Made by a program: the position numbers and the translations under genes. 64,000 bases of DNA, from IMG/VR virus record IMGVR_UViG_3300032007_000010; one strand, written 5' to 3'. Below, in pieces: positions 41,741 to 53,143 of this stretch. The notes beneath the pieces are model-generated. The model did not search any database. It was not told the DNA's origin and saw only the letters and a list, made by a program, of their open reading frames with translations. The stretch's first letter is position 1; each line of letters opens with the position of its first letter. The stretch is from a virus (taxonomy: Duplodnaviria > Caudoviricetes).

Positions 41741-43846
41741 TCAGATGAGGTCCGTTTGCTTGAGCACCACGAACTGAAGCATTTCACCGTAGTCCAGATC
41801 GAGGGTGAGGAGATTGATTCCGTTGTGCTCCTTATCGATTTCGTAATCGATGCCAGGACGCAGAATCGTTTGGTTAAGATTGACCACCAAACGATCGCGA
41901 TATGCATCGTAGTTCGAGATATTAACGATGTTCACGGTTCCATCCGCGACGGACTCATAGGTCGAAGCGTAGGGCACGATCTTTCCAGGAGCTTCCCTGG
42001 CTTCTTCGAGCTGATCATCGATGTAGCTGCGAAGATCGTTGTTCTTATCCTGGGTCGACACGCTCCACGCAAACTTGGAGGTGGAGGTTCCGCTATTACC
42101 AACGTAGAGATATGTCTCGTCGGCATGCGTCCAGATATCTCCGATGGGTTGAAGCTTACCATCCGAATCGGTCGTGGGTGCTTCGCAGGGGTGCACATTG
42201 ATGGTCTGCGGTCGCGCACCGAGATTATGAGGGATGATGGTCTCATAGATCGTTCCGGTTTCCGGATCAACACCGGAAAACTCACCCTCACCGCTGCTGG
42301 TTAGATAGGTGGGAACCAGCTGGCTCACATCGACCTTGCCGTGCATGAGCGAGAACCAAACCCGCTTGCTCTCGTTATACACCACCCACAGATAGGTTCC
42401 GGCACGGAATCCTCCGGTGATTGGCATGTCAAACACATCACAAACCGGCAGCGCAGGACCATCGACAAACTTGATGGTTGGGTAGTTCTTCAGCCTATTC
42501 TTCAGCTTTATGAGCAACACATAGTTGTCACAGAGCGTGGAGTGAGAGATGTTGAAGAGTAGATGCTGGCCATCGTGGTCGCGGGATTCGGCAACATTGA
42601 AGTTTGGCACATCAAGCATGGCACCCTGGAGAATCGTGTAGAAGATTTCCTCTCCGGATGCAAGTGTCTTTTGCAGCAGAACAATGCCACCGACCTCATC
42701 GATCGTGTAGTCCACATCGAGAATGAGCAGCGAGTTATCCTGCATGATCGAAATGTCGTCGCGTCTGTGGTCAAACTCGGGGACCAGGAAGTATCCGGTC
42801 TCGGTGTCTGCGGTGTATGATCCATGGATCACGTTGAGCTTATAGCGATAGTTGCCGGTGGCTCCCCAGTTGTTTGGAATGAGCTCGCCGGGGCATTCCA
42901 CAAACTGTGTGATTACGAAATGAAGCACATCGCCCTTTGATAATACGATGTTGTGCAGAGTGATAATGCACTCTTCGGGATCATAGTCATAGTCTAGGCC
43001 ATTGCGCAGAATTGTCTGGTTGAAGTTTACAACCATGCGATGTGCGCCAATTACCTCGCCTGGAACAGGTACCACCGTGGTATTGTCTGCGGTGATCTCA
43101 ACATCTTTGACGATGTCCTTGAGCTCGTAGCGGTAGTGGCCGCTCTTTGCTGTGGTGACGTAGCTGATGATTGTGAATTGGAGAATTTCACCCTCACTCA
43201 GTCCAAATCCGATGAGTCTGATGCTATTGTTCACCGACTTCGTATATTCGTAGTCGGTACCGAACCTCAGAATGGTCTGGCCGTAGTTTACCACCAGTTT
43301 ATCCGTTCGTTTATTGAAGCCGGGGATGACGATGGTTTGGGTATCATCGGCGTCGGCCTCAAAGGTATAATCAGTCTCAACCGGCAGCACAACCTTGGTG
43401 ACATCAACAAAGCTGTTGGTGCTCATGAGGATCCACTTGTCCAGAGACTCATTCCACACGAGGAAAATGGTGGCGTCGGCCATCTGTCCACCTGGGATAC
43501 GTTCACCGTTCGCGCTGATGATCTGCTTATTCTCTCCACCGTTGAAGCTAAGTGTTGGTTCGGCCTCGAGGGTCTTGCTCAGCGTAACCATGAGAGGAAG
43601 ACCGTCGGAAAGAGCGGTACCCCGAAGAGTAACCTTCAGGGCCCGCTCGGTTCCTTCGGCAAGGACATGATTCAGATGAACCGTTTTGTCCTCGAGATGG
43701 CGGTCGTACCGGATCAGATCAGATTCCAGTACGCCGCCATTCTCAGATCTCAGAATATTTTCGGTGATCCCCTGGGGGAACAACACATCATATTCACCGG
43801 AAGAGGACGAGGAGTTGAAATGTCTCATTCGTATGAGCCTATTCAT
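41741..43846 (-). CDS. Tail-fibre-associated structural protein with repeated beta-sandwich modules
   Basis: 701 aa; repeated 'LVVNxxQTILRxGxDY..GE.LQF' units. Confidence 0.65.
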   Translation of the reverse strand: MNRLIRMRHFNSSSSSGEYDVLFPQGITENILRSENGGVLESDLIRYDRHLEDKTVHLNHVLAEGTERALKVTLRGTALSDGLPLMVTLSKTLEAEPTLSFNGGENKQIISANGERIPGGQMADATIFLVWNESLDKWILMSTNSFVDVTKVVLPVETDYTFEADADDTQTIVIPGFNKRTDKLVVNYGQTILRFGTDYEYTKSVNNSIRLIGFGLSEGEILQFTIISYVTTAKSGHYRYELKDIVKDVEITADNTTVVPVPGEVIGAHRMVVNFNQTILRNGLDYDYDPEECIITLHNIVLSKGDVLHFVITQFVECPGELIPNNWGATGNYRYKLNVIHGSYTADTETGYFLVPEFDHRRDDISIMQDNSLLILDVDYTIDEVGGIVLLQKTLASGEEIFYTILQGAMLDVPNFNVAESRDHDGQHLLFNISHSTLCDNYVLLIKLKNRLKNYPTIKFVDGPALPVCDVFDMPITGGFRAGTYLWVVYNESKRVWFSLMHGKVDVSQLVPTYLTSSGEGEFSGVDPETGTIYETIIPHNLGARPQTINVHPCEAPTTDSDGKLQPIGDIWTHADETYLYVGNSGTSTSKFAWSVSTQDKNNDLRSYIDDQLEEAREAPGKIVPYASTYESVADGTVNIVNISNYDAYRDRLVVNLNQTILRPGIDYEIDKEHNGINLLTLDLDYGEMLQFVVLKQTDLI

Positions 43847-43877
43847 ACCCCTTCATCCTTTCCGATATGCGTTGATA

Positions 43878-46532
43878 TTAGTTGGCGCTGATGGCCTCGA
43901 GCACGAGCTGCTCCTCGTCCGCATCAACGGGCAGAGCACCAGCGTTGACAACCTGCAGAGAGCCGAGAGCAACCTGATCGAGCTCGGACTTGTAGGCCAG
44001 GCCCTCGCCGTCATAGGTCGGACGACCATTGGCATCCTCGCCAAGCTTATCGAGCACCGCGCGGTTGGTGTGCGTCGCCTTGCTGACAGCATCATCGATG
44101 GCTGCAACCGTGGAGGACGGCTTGTCGTTGATATTGGCCCAATCAACGGTGCCGGTGATATCAACGTCGAGCTTACCATTGGAGTTGAGCACCAGGATCT
44201 TACCAGCGTTGGCCGCAGACGCCACGGTGACCTTCTCGCTGGCGTTCACCGCGTCGGTGATGCCGTAGCCGGCCAGAGTGGTGGGCTTGTTCTGAACGCC
44301 GCTCCAGTCAACACTGGAAGCCGCACCGGCCTTGTAGACCTCGTAGCCATCCTCGCTGCTGAGCTTGGTGTCGTCGACAATGAAGTACATCTTGTCGGTG
44401 GCCGTGACCTTGACCGTGTCGCCGGTCTGGGCGGTGGCGGTGGTCAGCGCGAAACGCGCGGCGTCATCCGCGACAACGATGCAACGCTCGAGCGCGCCGT
44501 GAGGCAGACGAGCGATGTCGATGGTGCCGCTGGTGATCCATGTGGCGTCGATGGCCCGGATGTCGGTCTGGAGCTGAGCGATGTCACCGAGGATGGTGTC
44601 AGCGGTGGAATCATCACCGATCACGTCGTCAATGCCGTCAGCCCAGGACTTGGTCGCGAAGTACTCAGAATCGTGACCATCGAGCGTATTCGCATCGCCG
44701 GTCACATCGACATCGAGTTTGCCGGCAGCGTTCAGGACCAGGATCTTACCAGCATTTGCCGCCGAAGCCGTGGTGACCTTCTCAGCACTGTTCACGGCAT
44801 CGGTGATGCCGTAGCCGGCCAGCGTGGTCGGAGTGCCAGTGATCTGGCTCCACAGAATCTGGGAACCGCCGACGTTGACGATCTCCTCGTAGCCCTGAGC
44901 ATTGTCAAGGTTCGCGGTGTCGACAACAGCATAGACAGCACCAGCATTGGTCTTGACCAGATCGCCAACGGAGGTGTTGTCCGCGGTGCGGGTCGTGTAG
45001 GCCGTGGCCATGTCAGCAACCTTGATCATACGGCCGGAGATATCGGCGGGCAGCTGGCTGCGGGTCAGGGTACCGGTGATCTTGTTCGCGGCGAGCGCGG
45101 TGATGGCAGTGCCAGCCTTGAGCTGAGCGATGTCGTATTTGATGGTGCCGGTGGTATCCGCATCACCGATGGTATTCTCGATGGCGCCAACACGATCAAC
45201 CAGACCGGTGGTCGCGGTATCGACGGTGGTCTCGAGGTCAGCGATGCGCTTGGACAGACCAGACTCATCGTTCATGCCAACGCGATTCTGCAGCGCAGTG
45301 ACGTCGGCGGCGGTGCCGTAGTAGCTGGGCGCATTGCCACCGAGGGACGCAGCGTCGCCGGTGATGGAGGTGTCCATCTTGCCGGTCGCGTTGATCTTCA
45401 GCAGCTTGCCAGCGTTGGCAGCGCTTGCGGTTTCGACAAGGTCGGAGGTATCAACGGCGTCGGACGCGTAGTTCTTGATCGCGGTGGGCTTGTTCTCAAC
45501 GCCGGACCAATCGACGGCCGCAGCCTTGGAAACGGTGTACTCCATGTAGGCGCTCTCCCAGTCGGCGGTGCCGAGCTTGGTCTCGTCAACAACGAAGTAC
45601 ATGAGATTCGTGGCGGTAACCTTGACGGTATCACCATTCTGAACCTGAGCGGTGGTCAGAGCCGCACGCGCAGCATCATCAGCCGCAACATAGACGGTCT
45701 CAACGGCGCTCGCGGGCAGACGGTCAATGCTGATCGTGCCGCTGGTGATCCATGTGGCATCGATGGCCCGGATCTCACTCTGCAGGGTGTCGATTTCGCC
45801 CTCGGCGGTATCGAGACGACCCTCGGCGTTGGTCATGGCGGCGGCGGTCGCATAGTAGGACTTACCCTCGCCACCGAGTGTGGCGGCATCGCCCGTGATG
45901 TCGACATCCATCTTGCCAGCGTTGTTCAGGACAAGAATCTTGCCGACGTTCTCGGCGCTGGCCGTGGTGACTTTCTCAGCGCTGTTAACGGCGTCGGTGA
46001 TGCCGTAACCGGCCAGCGTGGTCGGAGTGCCAGTGATACGGTTCCATGCCACGGTGGACGCGCTGTCGGAGAGCTCCATGTAGGTGGGAGTCGTGCCGGT
46101 GAAACCGGTCACCAGATAGACCTTACCACCGGTGACCTTGACCAGATCGCCGATGTTGACGTCGTCCTTGTCGAGCTCAGCTTTGGCCGCCTCGGAGGCA
46201 ACTTCGACGCCCTTGCCGCCAACATCCTCGGGGAGGTTGGCACGGGAGACGGTACCGGTGAGCTTGTTCGCAGCCAGAGCAGTGATGCTCTCGCCGGAAA
46301 CAATCGCCGGAACGGTGACCTTGTCGAGCTTGGTGAGATTGTTGATGGCCTTCTGCAGGAGCGCATAGACGCTGCTATCCGCGGAGATAGTTTCGTCGAT
46401 GGTCCAGCCGTCGCCGGCGGCAACGTTGAAGCCTGTGCCAATGTAGGAAATGTCGGCGCTGTTGGCAAGGTAAATGGGATCCCAATCCGTGCCATTATAG
46501 CGCTTCAGAGTAGTTTTCTGTACAGTAGCCAT
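43878..46532 (-). CDS. Tail fibre protein with internal tandem duplication
   Basis: 884 aa; W..ITGTPTTLAGYGITDAV fibre repeats (3 copies plus 1 degenerate); duplicated IRAIDATWITSGTI..RLP and ITALAANK..LP modules. Confidence 0.85.
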   Translation of the reverse strand: MATVQKTTLKRYNGTDWDPIYLANSADISYIGTGFNVAAGDGWTIDETISADSSVYALLQKAINNLTKLDKVTVPAIVSGESITALAANKLTGTVSRANLPEDVGGKGVEVASEAAKAELDKDDVNIGDLVKVTGGKVYLVTGFTGTTPTYMELSDSASTVAWNRITGTPTTLAGYGITDAVNSAEKVTTASAENVGKILVLNNAGKMDVDITGDAATLGGEGKSYYATAAAMTNAEGRLDTAEGEIDTLQSEIRAIDATWITSGTISIDRLPASAVETVYVAADDAARAALTTAQVQNGDTVKVTATNLMYFVVDETKLGTADWESAYMEYTVSKAAAVDWSGVENKPTAIKNYASDAVDTSDLVETASAANAGKLLKINATGKMDTSITGDAASLGGNAPSYYGTAADVTALQNRVGMNDESGLSKRIADLETTVDTATTGLVDRVGAIENTIGDADTTGTIKYDIAQLKAGTAITALAANKITGTLTRSQLPADISGRMIKVADMATAYTTRTADNTSVGDLVKTNAGAVYAVVDTANLDNAQGYEEIVNVGGSQILWSQITGTPTTLAGYGITDAVNSAEKVTTASAANAGKILVLNAAGKLDVDVTGDANTLDGHDSEYFATKSWADGIDDVIGDDSTADTILGDIAQLQTDIRAIDATWITSGTIDIARLPHGALERCIVVADDAARFALTTATAQTGDTVKVTATDKMYFIVDDTKLSSEDGYEVYKAGAASSVDWSGVQNKPTTLAGYGITDAVNASEKVTVASAANAGKILVLNSNGKLDVDITGTVDWANINDKPSSTVAAIDDAVSKATHTNRAVLDKLGEDANGRPTYDGEGLAYKSELDQVALGSLQVVNAGALPVDADEEQLVLEAISAN

Positions 46533-46571
46533 AGTGATACAACGATCCTTTCTATAAAATATGGAGTCGTA

Positions 46572-47834
46572 CTACGACTCAGGGTCGGCCTGCTTGAATA
46601 CGATGAACTGGAGAATGTCCCCAGCGTTGAAACGAATCTTCTGGAACACGAGACTTCCCTCTTCTTCGATCACGAAGTCTGTCGTAGGTTGCAGGATAGT
46701 CTGGCCAAAGATAACGATCAGCTTATCGAAGTTCGGGTCGAAATCTTCGACGTGGTTGATCGTATCCGTGCTGTCAATCGCTATCGTTTGGGTGGACATC
46801 CGGGCATCGATGAGACCGGGTCTGGCCTTGAGCAGGCTCACGGCATTGCTGATGGTGGTGTTGAGACGTTCCTCCATCTGCTCAATGGTATTCGCCATGT
46901 CCGTGAAACGTTGCTGATAATCCTGGATTGCCCATTCGAGACGCGTGTTGGCGGCATTGAGGCGTTGACAAACCAACTTCATGACCTGCATGACCGTTGA
47001 AGATGCGGCGTCGCACACAACAAAGGATTCGTTCTGCTCATCGTAGATCAGCATTATAATATTGTTTGCTAAAATGGGGTACCCCCAGGAATCACCATTC
47101 ACATCCACAAGGGGTTTCTCGGATGCACCGTTTACTCTGAGCGTGGCATTCTCATCGATATCTGCCGTAGCATAGAGGCAGAGCACGTCGAGGTCGGCAA
47201 GACTGCCAGAGATCACACAGCTGATAGATGACCCACTGCTTGTGGTTTCGGCATAGTAGCTCGACGGTGAAAGCGAGGTCCAGCCAACGAAGAGATTCTG
47301 CTGTGTGTTGTACCTCCCGGTGTAGGTAATCATCGAATGATTATCGTAGTATTGGCAAAGCACTGCCTCGGGAGACGATTTGAACACCGTCACGATTCCA
47401 GAGTTGGAGGGAAATCCCATGGTTTCATAGTTCTCATATTCAACCAATGAGGTTAGAATGGCCGGCTCCTCCATCTGACGGATGATGCTATCCATGGAGA
47501 GGGACACACCGAGCTGGGTGAGCTGGGAGATGGACGAATAGAGATGAATGCCGTTCACCATGTCGGAGTTTAGCAGCTTGGTGTCCGGATCGAACTTCGA
47601 AGTAATCTGACTGATGTGTGCAACCGAATTTGGACAAAATAGTTCACCGGTGGTCGGATTCTTCACATAGAAACAACCTTCGGTGTAACTCACACCGATC
47701 TCACCCGGCGCCAGAAGATTCTTGTCCTCGTCGGATTTAATTTCTTTGACGATGATTCTGAAGATCTGCGCGAGGAGCGCCATCTGATAGTCTGTCATCG
47801 TTCGCTGGGCGGTCATGGAACTGGCTGGATTCAT
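46572..47834 (-). CDS. Tail-fibre-associated structural protein
   Basis: 420 aa; LAPGEIG motif and C-terminal module shared with 41741..43846; late promoter AACATCCATATAAT at 47866..47879. Confidence 0.6.
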   Translation of the reverse strand: MNPASSMTAQRTMTDYQMALLAQIFRIIVKEIKSDEDKNLLAPGEIGVSYTEGCFYVKNPTTGELFCPNSVAHISQITSKFDPDTKLLNSDMVNGIHLYSSISQLTQLGVSLSMDSIIRQMEEPAILTSLVEYENYETMGFPSNSGIVTVFKSSPEAVLCQYYDNHSMITYTGRYNTQQNLFVGWTSLSPSSYYAETTSSGSSISCVISGSLADLDVLCLYATADIDENATLRVNGASEKPLVDVNGDSWGYPILANNIIMLIYDEQNESFVVCDAASSTVMQVMKLVCQRLNAANTRLEWAIQDYQQRFTDMANTIEQMEERLNTTISNAVSLLKARPGLIDARMSTQTIAIDSTDTINHVEDFDPNFDKLIVIFGQTILQPTTDFVIEEEGSLVFQKIRFNAGDILQFIVFKQADPES

Positions 47835-47936
47835 GGAATGTCACCCCTTGTTTTCAATGTATTTGATTATATGGATGTTCCAGCCATTGGATCGCCGCGA
47901 CATTAGTGAAAACGGGACCCGAAGGCCCCGTTTTCG

Positions 47937-50900
47937 TCAATTATTTGCGCCGATTTGATAGGTTGGATCATCGCCGTTACCGCTGATCACGATTCGCGAT
48001 TGATCAAAGGGCATACCCGAGAGATCAATGTCGGATATCGCGTGGAACTTGCGCACCAGATCAGTGCGGAATTCCTCTGCCTCATCGGGATGTTCCTCGA
48101 GATAGTTGAGAATTCGCTCGAGTTTTCCGCTATAGATATACTCCTCGAGAAGCACATCGTAGTATCCGCGCTTTGTGCGATCGATGACCTTGATCGGCTC
48201 CATCGTGTTGTAGCGAGACGGTCTGCTGATCTTTCGTGTGGCGATGTCGATCTGGTGATAGACCAGCGCTTTCTTTTTGAGGGTCATGAGCGCCTCGTCT
48301 CTCTTGGAATAGAGAATGTCGACGGTGGAGATGATCTCGTCAAAGTTCAATAGTCGCAGGCGACCGTCGGCGAGTTCCTCGTACTCGTTGGTGGGAATAT
48401 ATCTACCATTCACGAAGAGAAGCATCCGTCTGTTCAAAAAGACGAAGTCTCGCTCGTGAAAATCAATGATGTGCTCGTAGGCTGCCTCTCGTTCTTCGGT
48501 GCTCGTCGTATCTTCGGAGTAATATAGACGGAACCGTCCAACGTTGGTCGAGAAGTGAACCGCACAATCCGTCGTGTCGATGTCAGCGGTGGCAACCACA
48601 TGTGATGTTCCGGTGTAGAGACGCTTGAGCGCTGGATCAAAATCATCACCATGCGTCACGAGGCGTTTGTAGAACAGATTCACATCATCCAGTTTAATTT
48701 CACCCGAATCCAACAGATCCGCAATGATCGAGAGATACTTCACCCCGAGTTTTCCCTTGAAGTTGATCATGATATCATCGAACATGAACGCCTGGATATC
48801 AGGGCAATCAAAGCGCACCATGACGAGACGTTCGTCGACTCGAATGATCATGGTGTTTGGATCGGAGTAGGCAACGCGGTTATCGATGTCATCGAGGAAT
48901 TCGTACCAAAGAATATCCTTGTCACCGGCACCGATGTCTGGCTGTTCGCCGCCATAGTGAACTGGATAAAGTGTCGGGTCGAGTCGTTCGCGGAATATCT
49001 CACCGAGTCCCTCGGTTCCCTTGTCGTGTGGCACATAGTCGAGACCGGTGGAAGCATAGGTTTCCGTCTCGGTTTCGAGATAGTATCCATCGGGCATCTT
49101 GTGTCCGATCTCGTATGCATAGGCGGTGACGACGTCCTTGATGATGTTTTCTTTGATGGAAGCTGGAATCGCAAGCCAGAGAGTTCCCACCTCGAGATCC
49201 GCAGCATCCGGTTCATGGATATTCATGATATACTTTACCGCCATCTCGGTGATCTTCGCATAGTCCGGAATCGGAACGCCCTCCTCATCGAAATCGGTGT
49301 GGAGAATGATCTGATTGTTGCGGAGGTGCGAAGAGTCTGGGCCGAGCACGATCTGATCTTCCTCGTCGGCGAGAAGCGATTCAATCTCCATGGCGAGCAT
49401 TCCCTCAGTCGGATCACCGATGTTGAGGATATGTCGTGCGAGAAGAATGCGATACACCACATCATTGAGTACCGATGGATCATCGCTGGAAGCATAGTGC
49501 AGCCAGAGATCACCGACATCCTTTGCCACCGGCTCATCGTCATCATTGTTGATGAGATAGTTTCCGACGATCGAAAGTTTAACATCGGTCGAAAGCTTTG
49601 CGACATCGTCCATGCTAAGCTGCTCACCTGTGGTCTCATCCACAAAGGATATGTTATCCAGCGCAACCTGGCCGATCGTCGGATCCATGATGGAGTTTAT
49701 CGTGATATTCTTGGAAACGGCATTCTGTACCTGATCCAGGAGATCTCCGGACGGATCGACACCATCGTCATCGCCCAGATCATCGACACCGAGGAGATCA
49801 TCCAGTTCGTCCGTGGATGTGGCACTCGCATCATCACCGGTTTTGAATTCGGTGTGAATATCATATTCACCCTCTTCGGACTCGGGAATATCATCGTTGA
49901 TGGCATCGAATGCGTAGTTGCCTGTCTCGCTGGTTTTGCCCGCGGTGTCGTTGGTCACCAAAACGCGTGTGCCATCATTGGTGGAATCGAGACTATCTTT
50001 GTACGGAAGTCGATCTCCCTGCGGAAGTTCGAGCCAGAGTGTCTTCTCGCGTTCCTCGGTCGGAGTTATGAAACCCTCTTCGATGCGCTCGAAGGTCTGG
50101 TTGACATCCTCCGGATACTCCGGATACGGAGATTGAACGTAGAGATCGCCATCTTCATAGTTCGGAACCTTCGGTGGCGGTGCATCCACATAACCGTGTG
50201 TTATGCTGGTCTCATCGCGTGCTGGGTTCGGGCTATCAAGCTCGATGAGGACCTGGTTCATCTCATCCTCGGTCGGAAGATCTCCAACCTTGATCTTGTT
50301 CATCACCTTGACGCGAGGGTCGTCGATGCCATCCCCATACTGGAGAACGAGCTGATCCTTGTAATAGTCGGTGAGTTTGAAGTAGGTCATCACAAGCTTG
50401 TTGTACGATTTTGGACCGGCGGATGGATCAAGGTCGATCAGATAGGCACCCTCCTTGATTTCCTCCGGGACAGTGTCCGGATCGAGACCGAAGAGGTTGA
50501 TGGTGTCGACGGCCTTGGTCGCAAACATCTCTGGCACCGCATTGATCAGGAGCTCGAACCACAGGTAACCATCCTTTATGTCCGGTTCCTCCGTGGCAAT
50601 GCGAACCTTGTCCTGATCCTCTTGATCGAGAATCTGCGTGCGCAGGACCATGAGATTTCGATAGAACCGATTGAGTTTGCGATGGAGCTGGAGCACATTG
50701 TTCTCATCGAAATATTCACCAGCATTGACGATCACCGTGTCTTCGTTCGCATTGAACTTGATGATGCTGAGCTTTGAGATATCGTAGGATGGATCAATCA
50801 CGTACCGGTCAATGCCGTTCGTCGTGTTTTCACTGTAGTGATCGGTGCTACGATTGTGATACATGCTTCGAATCTCATAGTCGCTGAACACATATCCTTC

Positions 50901-52016
50901 GTAGAATATGAGCTCTCGGTGAGGTTCTGCCGGAACGAGCGAAATGATGCGATCCACGGACCCTTCGACGAGGTCGATATCTGTTCTGAGAAAGGCCTTG
51001 TCCGCGAGTCTTGTGTTGTCGCAGATGATGAAATCCGATTGTTCGGCGGTATTGATTGGATATTTCTCCCAGAGACGGTAGAAATAGCTGGCCATGGTGC
51101 TAAACTTCTGAAGGATCTCATCGTCCGTGTCGCTCGCCAGTATGTGATCATCCAGAACTGGCAATGACCTGAGATACTCGTTGTCGCTGTTGTACGGATC
51201 ATCGATGTCGAGAAATTCTGGATAGAGCAGCAGACGACAGATTTCCGGGTACAGGATCGTATGGTAGTTATCGTCAAAGACGCGAACCACGCAATTCTTA
51301 TCCACGCTGATATATGGATAGAATCTGGCATCGATGGGATAGCTCGGGGAATCGTCGACAAAGATGCGATGATAACAACGATTCGACTGCAGGTGATCAA
51401 GCAGCGCCGATTCACCGGCCTTCACGCTCTGCACCGTAACAAGGTTGGAACAGATGAAGAAATCGATGTCATGCTTGTAGGGAGCGCTGAAACGAAGTAT
51501 GGTATGCTCATCATCCATCCATTCGTGCTCCGGCACATGATATGCGTTTTCGCTGATGTAGTATGCGCAATATTCAATGTGATCGATTTCGGCATACATG
51601 ATTTCGGTGGTATCGATGCTCACCGTGTGAGTGTATTCCGCATCGTCGTCAACCACCTTGCTGTAGCGATGGATGATCCCTGGGTTTACGAAGGCATGCA
51701 CGGGTTTTGTGTCATCCACCTTGTGGTCGAGCACGGCGTGCAGCTGATTGGCTGTCTTGATCCATTCGAGGCTCTCCGGGTTCAGATAGGTACCTTCGTA
51801 CCAAAGCTCGGTCACTCCTTCGTAGGACAGGGGCATGCTCACATGCGGGTGAAAATAGCCGACACGATCGATGTCATCATAGTTCACATCGAGATCAACA
51901 TATCGATCGAAGCTGGAAGAGCGCACCTCTCTGATGCGATATTCCTCCGTGGAGAGCAAACCCATCCATGCGAGTGTATCATAGAGTTCAGATTTTCTTA
52001 CTTCCGTGGATATCAA
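47937..52016 (-). CDS. Large acidic virion structural protein
   Basis: 1359 aa, AAGGAGG SD; repeated EP..GDLW/TLW-type motifs and LLFVNGRYI. Confidence 0.6.
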   Translation of the reverse strand: MISTEVRKSELYDTLAWMGLLSTEEYRIREVRSSSFDRYVDLDVNYDDIDRVGYFHPHVSMPLSYEGVTELWYEGTYLNPESLEWIKTANQLHAVLDHKVDDTKPVHAFVNPGIIHRYSKVVDDDAEYTHTVSIDTTEIMYAEIDHIEYCAYYISENAYHVPEHEWMDDEHTILRFSAPYKHDIDFFICSNLVTVQSVKAGESALLDHLQSNRCYHRIFVDDSPSYPIDARFYPYISVDKNCVVRVFDDNYHTILYPEICRLLLYPEFLDIDDPYNSDNEYLRSLPVLDDHILASDTDDEILQKFSTMASYFYRLWEKYPINTAEQSDFIICDNTRLADKAFLRTDIDLVEGSVDRIISLVPAEPHRELIFYEGYVFSDYEIRSMYHNRSTDHYSENTTNGIDRYVIDPSYDISKLSIIKFNANEDTVIVNAGEYFDENNVLQLHRKLNRFYRNLMVLRTQILDQEDQDKVRIATEEPDIKDGYLWFELLINAVPEMFATKAVDTINLFGLDPDTVPEEIKEGAYLIDLDPSAGPKSYNKLVMTYFKLTDYYKDQLVLQYGDGIDDPRVKVMNKIKVGDLPTEDEMNQVLIELDSPNPARDETSITHGYVDAPPPKVPNYEDGDLYVQSPYPEYPEDVNQTFERIEEGFITPTEEREKTLWLELPQGDRLPYKDSLDSTNDGTRVLVTNDTAGKTSETGNYAFDAINDDIPESEEGEYDIHTEFKTGDDASATSTDELDDLLGVDDLGDDDGVDPSGDLLDQVQNAVSKNITINSIMDPTIGQVALDNISFVDETTGEQLSMDDVAKLSTDVKLSIVGNYLINNDDDEPVAKDVGDLWLHYASSDDPSVLNDVVYRILLARHILNIGDPTEGMLAMEIESLLADEEDQIVLGPDSSHLRNNQIILHTDFDEEGVPIPDYAKITEMAVKYIMNIHEPDAADLEVGTLWLAIPASIKENIIKDVVTAYAYEIGHKMPDGYYLETETETYASTGLDYVPHDKGTEGLGEIFRERLDPTLYPVHYGGEQPDIGAGDKDILWYEFLDDIDNRVAYSDPNTMIIRVDERLVMVRFDCPDIQAFMFDDIMINFKGKLGVKYLSIIADLLDSGEIKLDDVNLFYKRLVTHGDDFDPALKRLYTGTSHVVATADIDTTDCAVHFSTNVGRFRLYYSEDTTSTEEREAAYEHIIDFHERDFVFLNRRMLLFVNGRYIPTNEYEELADGRLRLLNFDEIISTVDILYSKRDEALMTLKKKALVYHQIDIATRKISRPSRYNTMEPIKVIDRTKRGYYDVLLEEYIYSGKLERILNYLEEHPDEAEEFRTDLVRKFHAISDIDLSGMPFDQSRIVISGNGDDPTYQIGANN

Positions 52017-52096
52017 GGAGATTCCTCCTTTCCGATTTCATGATAGTGAATGACGGGAAGGGAGCATTGTCCCCTCCCGTCATGTTGGCCACAGCA

Positions 52097-53143
52097 TCAG
52101 ACGAGCTGTTGGAAATACTTGTAGAGATCACTGCCGCGGGATTTCTCGAGCACAGGCTCCAGCGCCGAGCGGGTGATCAGCGGGCTCTCGAGGAGCACCA
52201 TGCAGATGGTGTACAGATGGTATCCGAAGTAGTCCAGGCTCATGGCCGTCGCAGAACCATAGGTACGGATCCATTTGTCGTAGATCAGATAGGTCGTGAG
52301 ACCCTTGAGTGGGCTGATGTGTTTCTTGAGTTCTTCGACGAAGAGCGAGATGTCATCAAAGGCATCCACATTGAACTGATTATCGAGCGTCTCCTGGATG
52401 ATGTTGGTGAGCTTGGGGAAGTTGCGCTTCTTGGTCGCATAGAAGCGCTTGGTGCCAATCTCGGTCCCGAACATCTGGATCGAAGCGAACTCCCAGCAGA
52501 GATACCGGATTTTCTCCGACGTGATCGGATCCACATGCACCATGCCGGTGATGATGCGCGAAAGCATCGATGCGTACATGCTGCACATGCCGTCGATGGA
52601 AGAGCTCGTTATCGCAGCGTTCATGCTGGTGATGCGCTGGGCTAGACAGGCCGCGAAGAGCACCGCCATGAGCGCGGAGTAGTTGCGAGCGCTGTCGACA
52701 TTGAACACGCCAAACTGATCCATCGTGACAAAGTCTGTGATGTTCACGAAGATCCTGTTTCCATCGGCCGTCGTCTGTACGATGTACGGAATAGAGGTCG
52801 GCAAACGGTAGGTCTCCGAATAGACCATCTGCACGAGACCGCGGCTGAGCATGTCACGCATGTTTTTCTTGCAGCTGAGATGGAATCGATTGGATTCGAA
52901 GAGTTCGTAGCTCAGGGTCTTGTCGAACATCGAAGGATCGACATGGATGAATCCCATGTCGGGCACAACCATGCGCGGAATCACATCGACGAGACGCAGC
53001 CCGCCGATCATCACATGATTGTTGGCGTAGCTGAAGATCTCAGATTCTCCGAGACGATAAAAAATCGAGCGTGCGCCCACGCTCTCGTCCAGGCCCTCGT
53101 CCGAGACCTGTGGCAGATAGATGTTGGCCATGTTTTCGATCAT
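52097..53143 (-). CDS. Conserved jumbo-phage (probably virion) protein
   Basis: ~348 aa; late promoter GACATTACTATATA at 53196..53209. Confidence 0.6.
   Translation of the reverse strand: MIENMANIYLPQVSDEGLDESVGARSIFYRLGESEIFSYANNHVMIGGLRLVDVIPRMVVPDMGFIHVDPSMFDKTLSYELFESNRFHLSCKKNMRDMLSRGLVQMVYSETYRLPTSIPYIVQTTADGNRIFVNITDFVTMDQFGVFNVDSARNYSALMAVLFAACLAQRITSMNAAITSSSIDGMCSMYASMLSRIITGMVHVDPITSEKIRYLCWEFASIQMFGTEIGTKRFYATKKRNFPKLTNIIQETLDNQFNVDAFDDISLFVEELKKHISPLKGLTTYLIYDKWIRTYGSATAMSLDYFGYHLYTICMVLLESPLITRSALEPVLEKSRGSDLYKYFQQLV

Noticed and set aside
43686-47000. 1104-aa + strand ORF, and similar long antisense ORFs at 15727..18522, 48651..50777, 14149..15657 and 28404..29744
   Set aside because: Antisense shadows of real genes caused by strong codon bias; no SD, no recognisable motifs.
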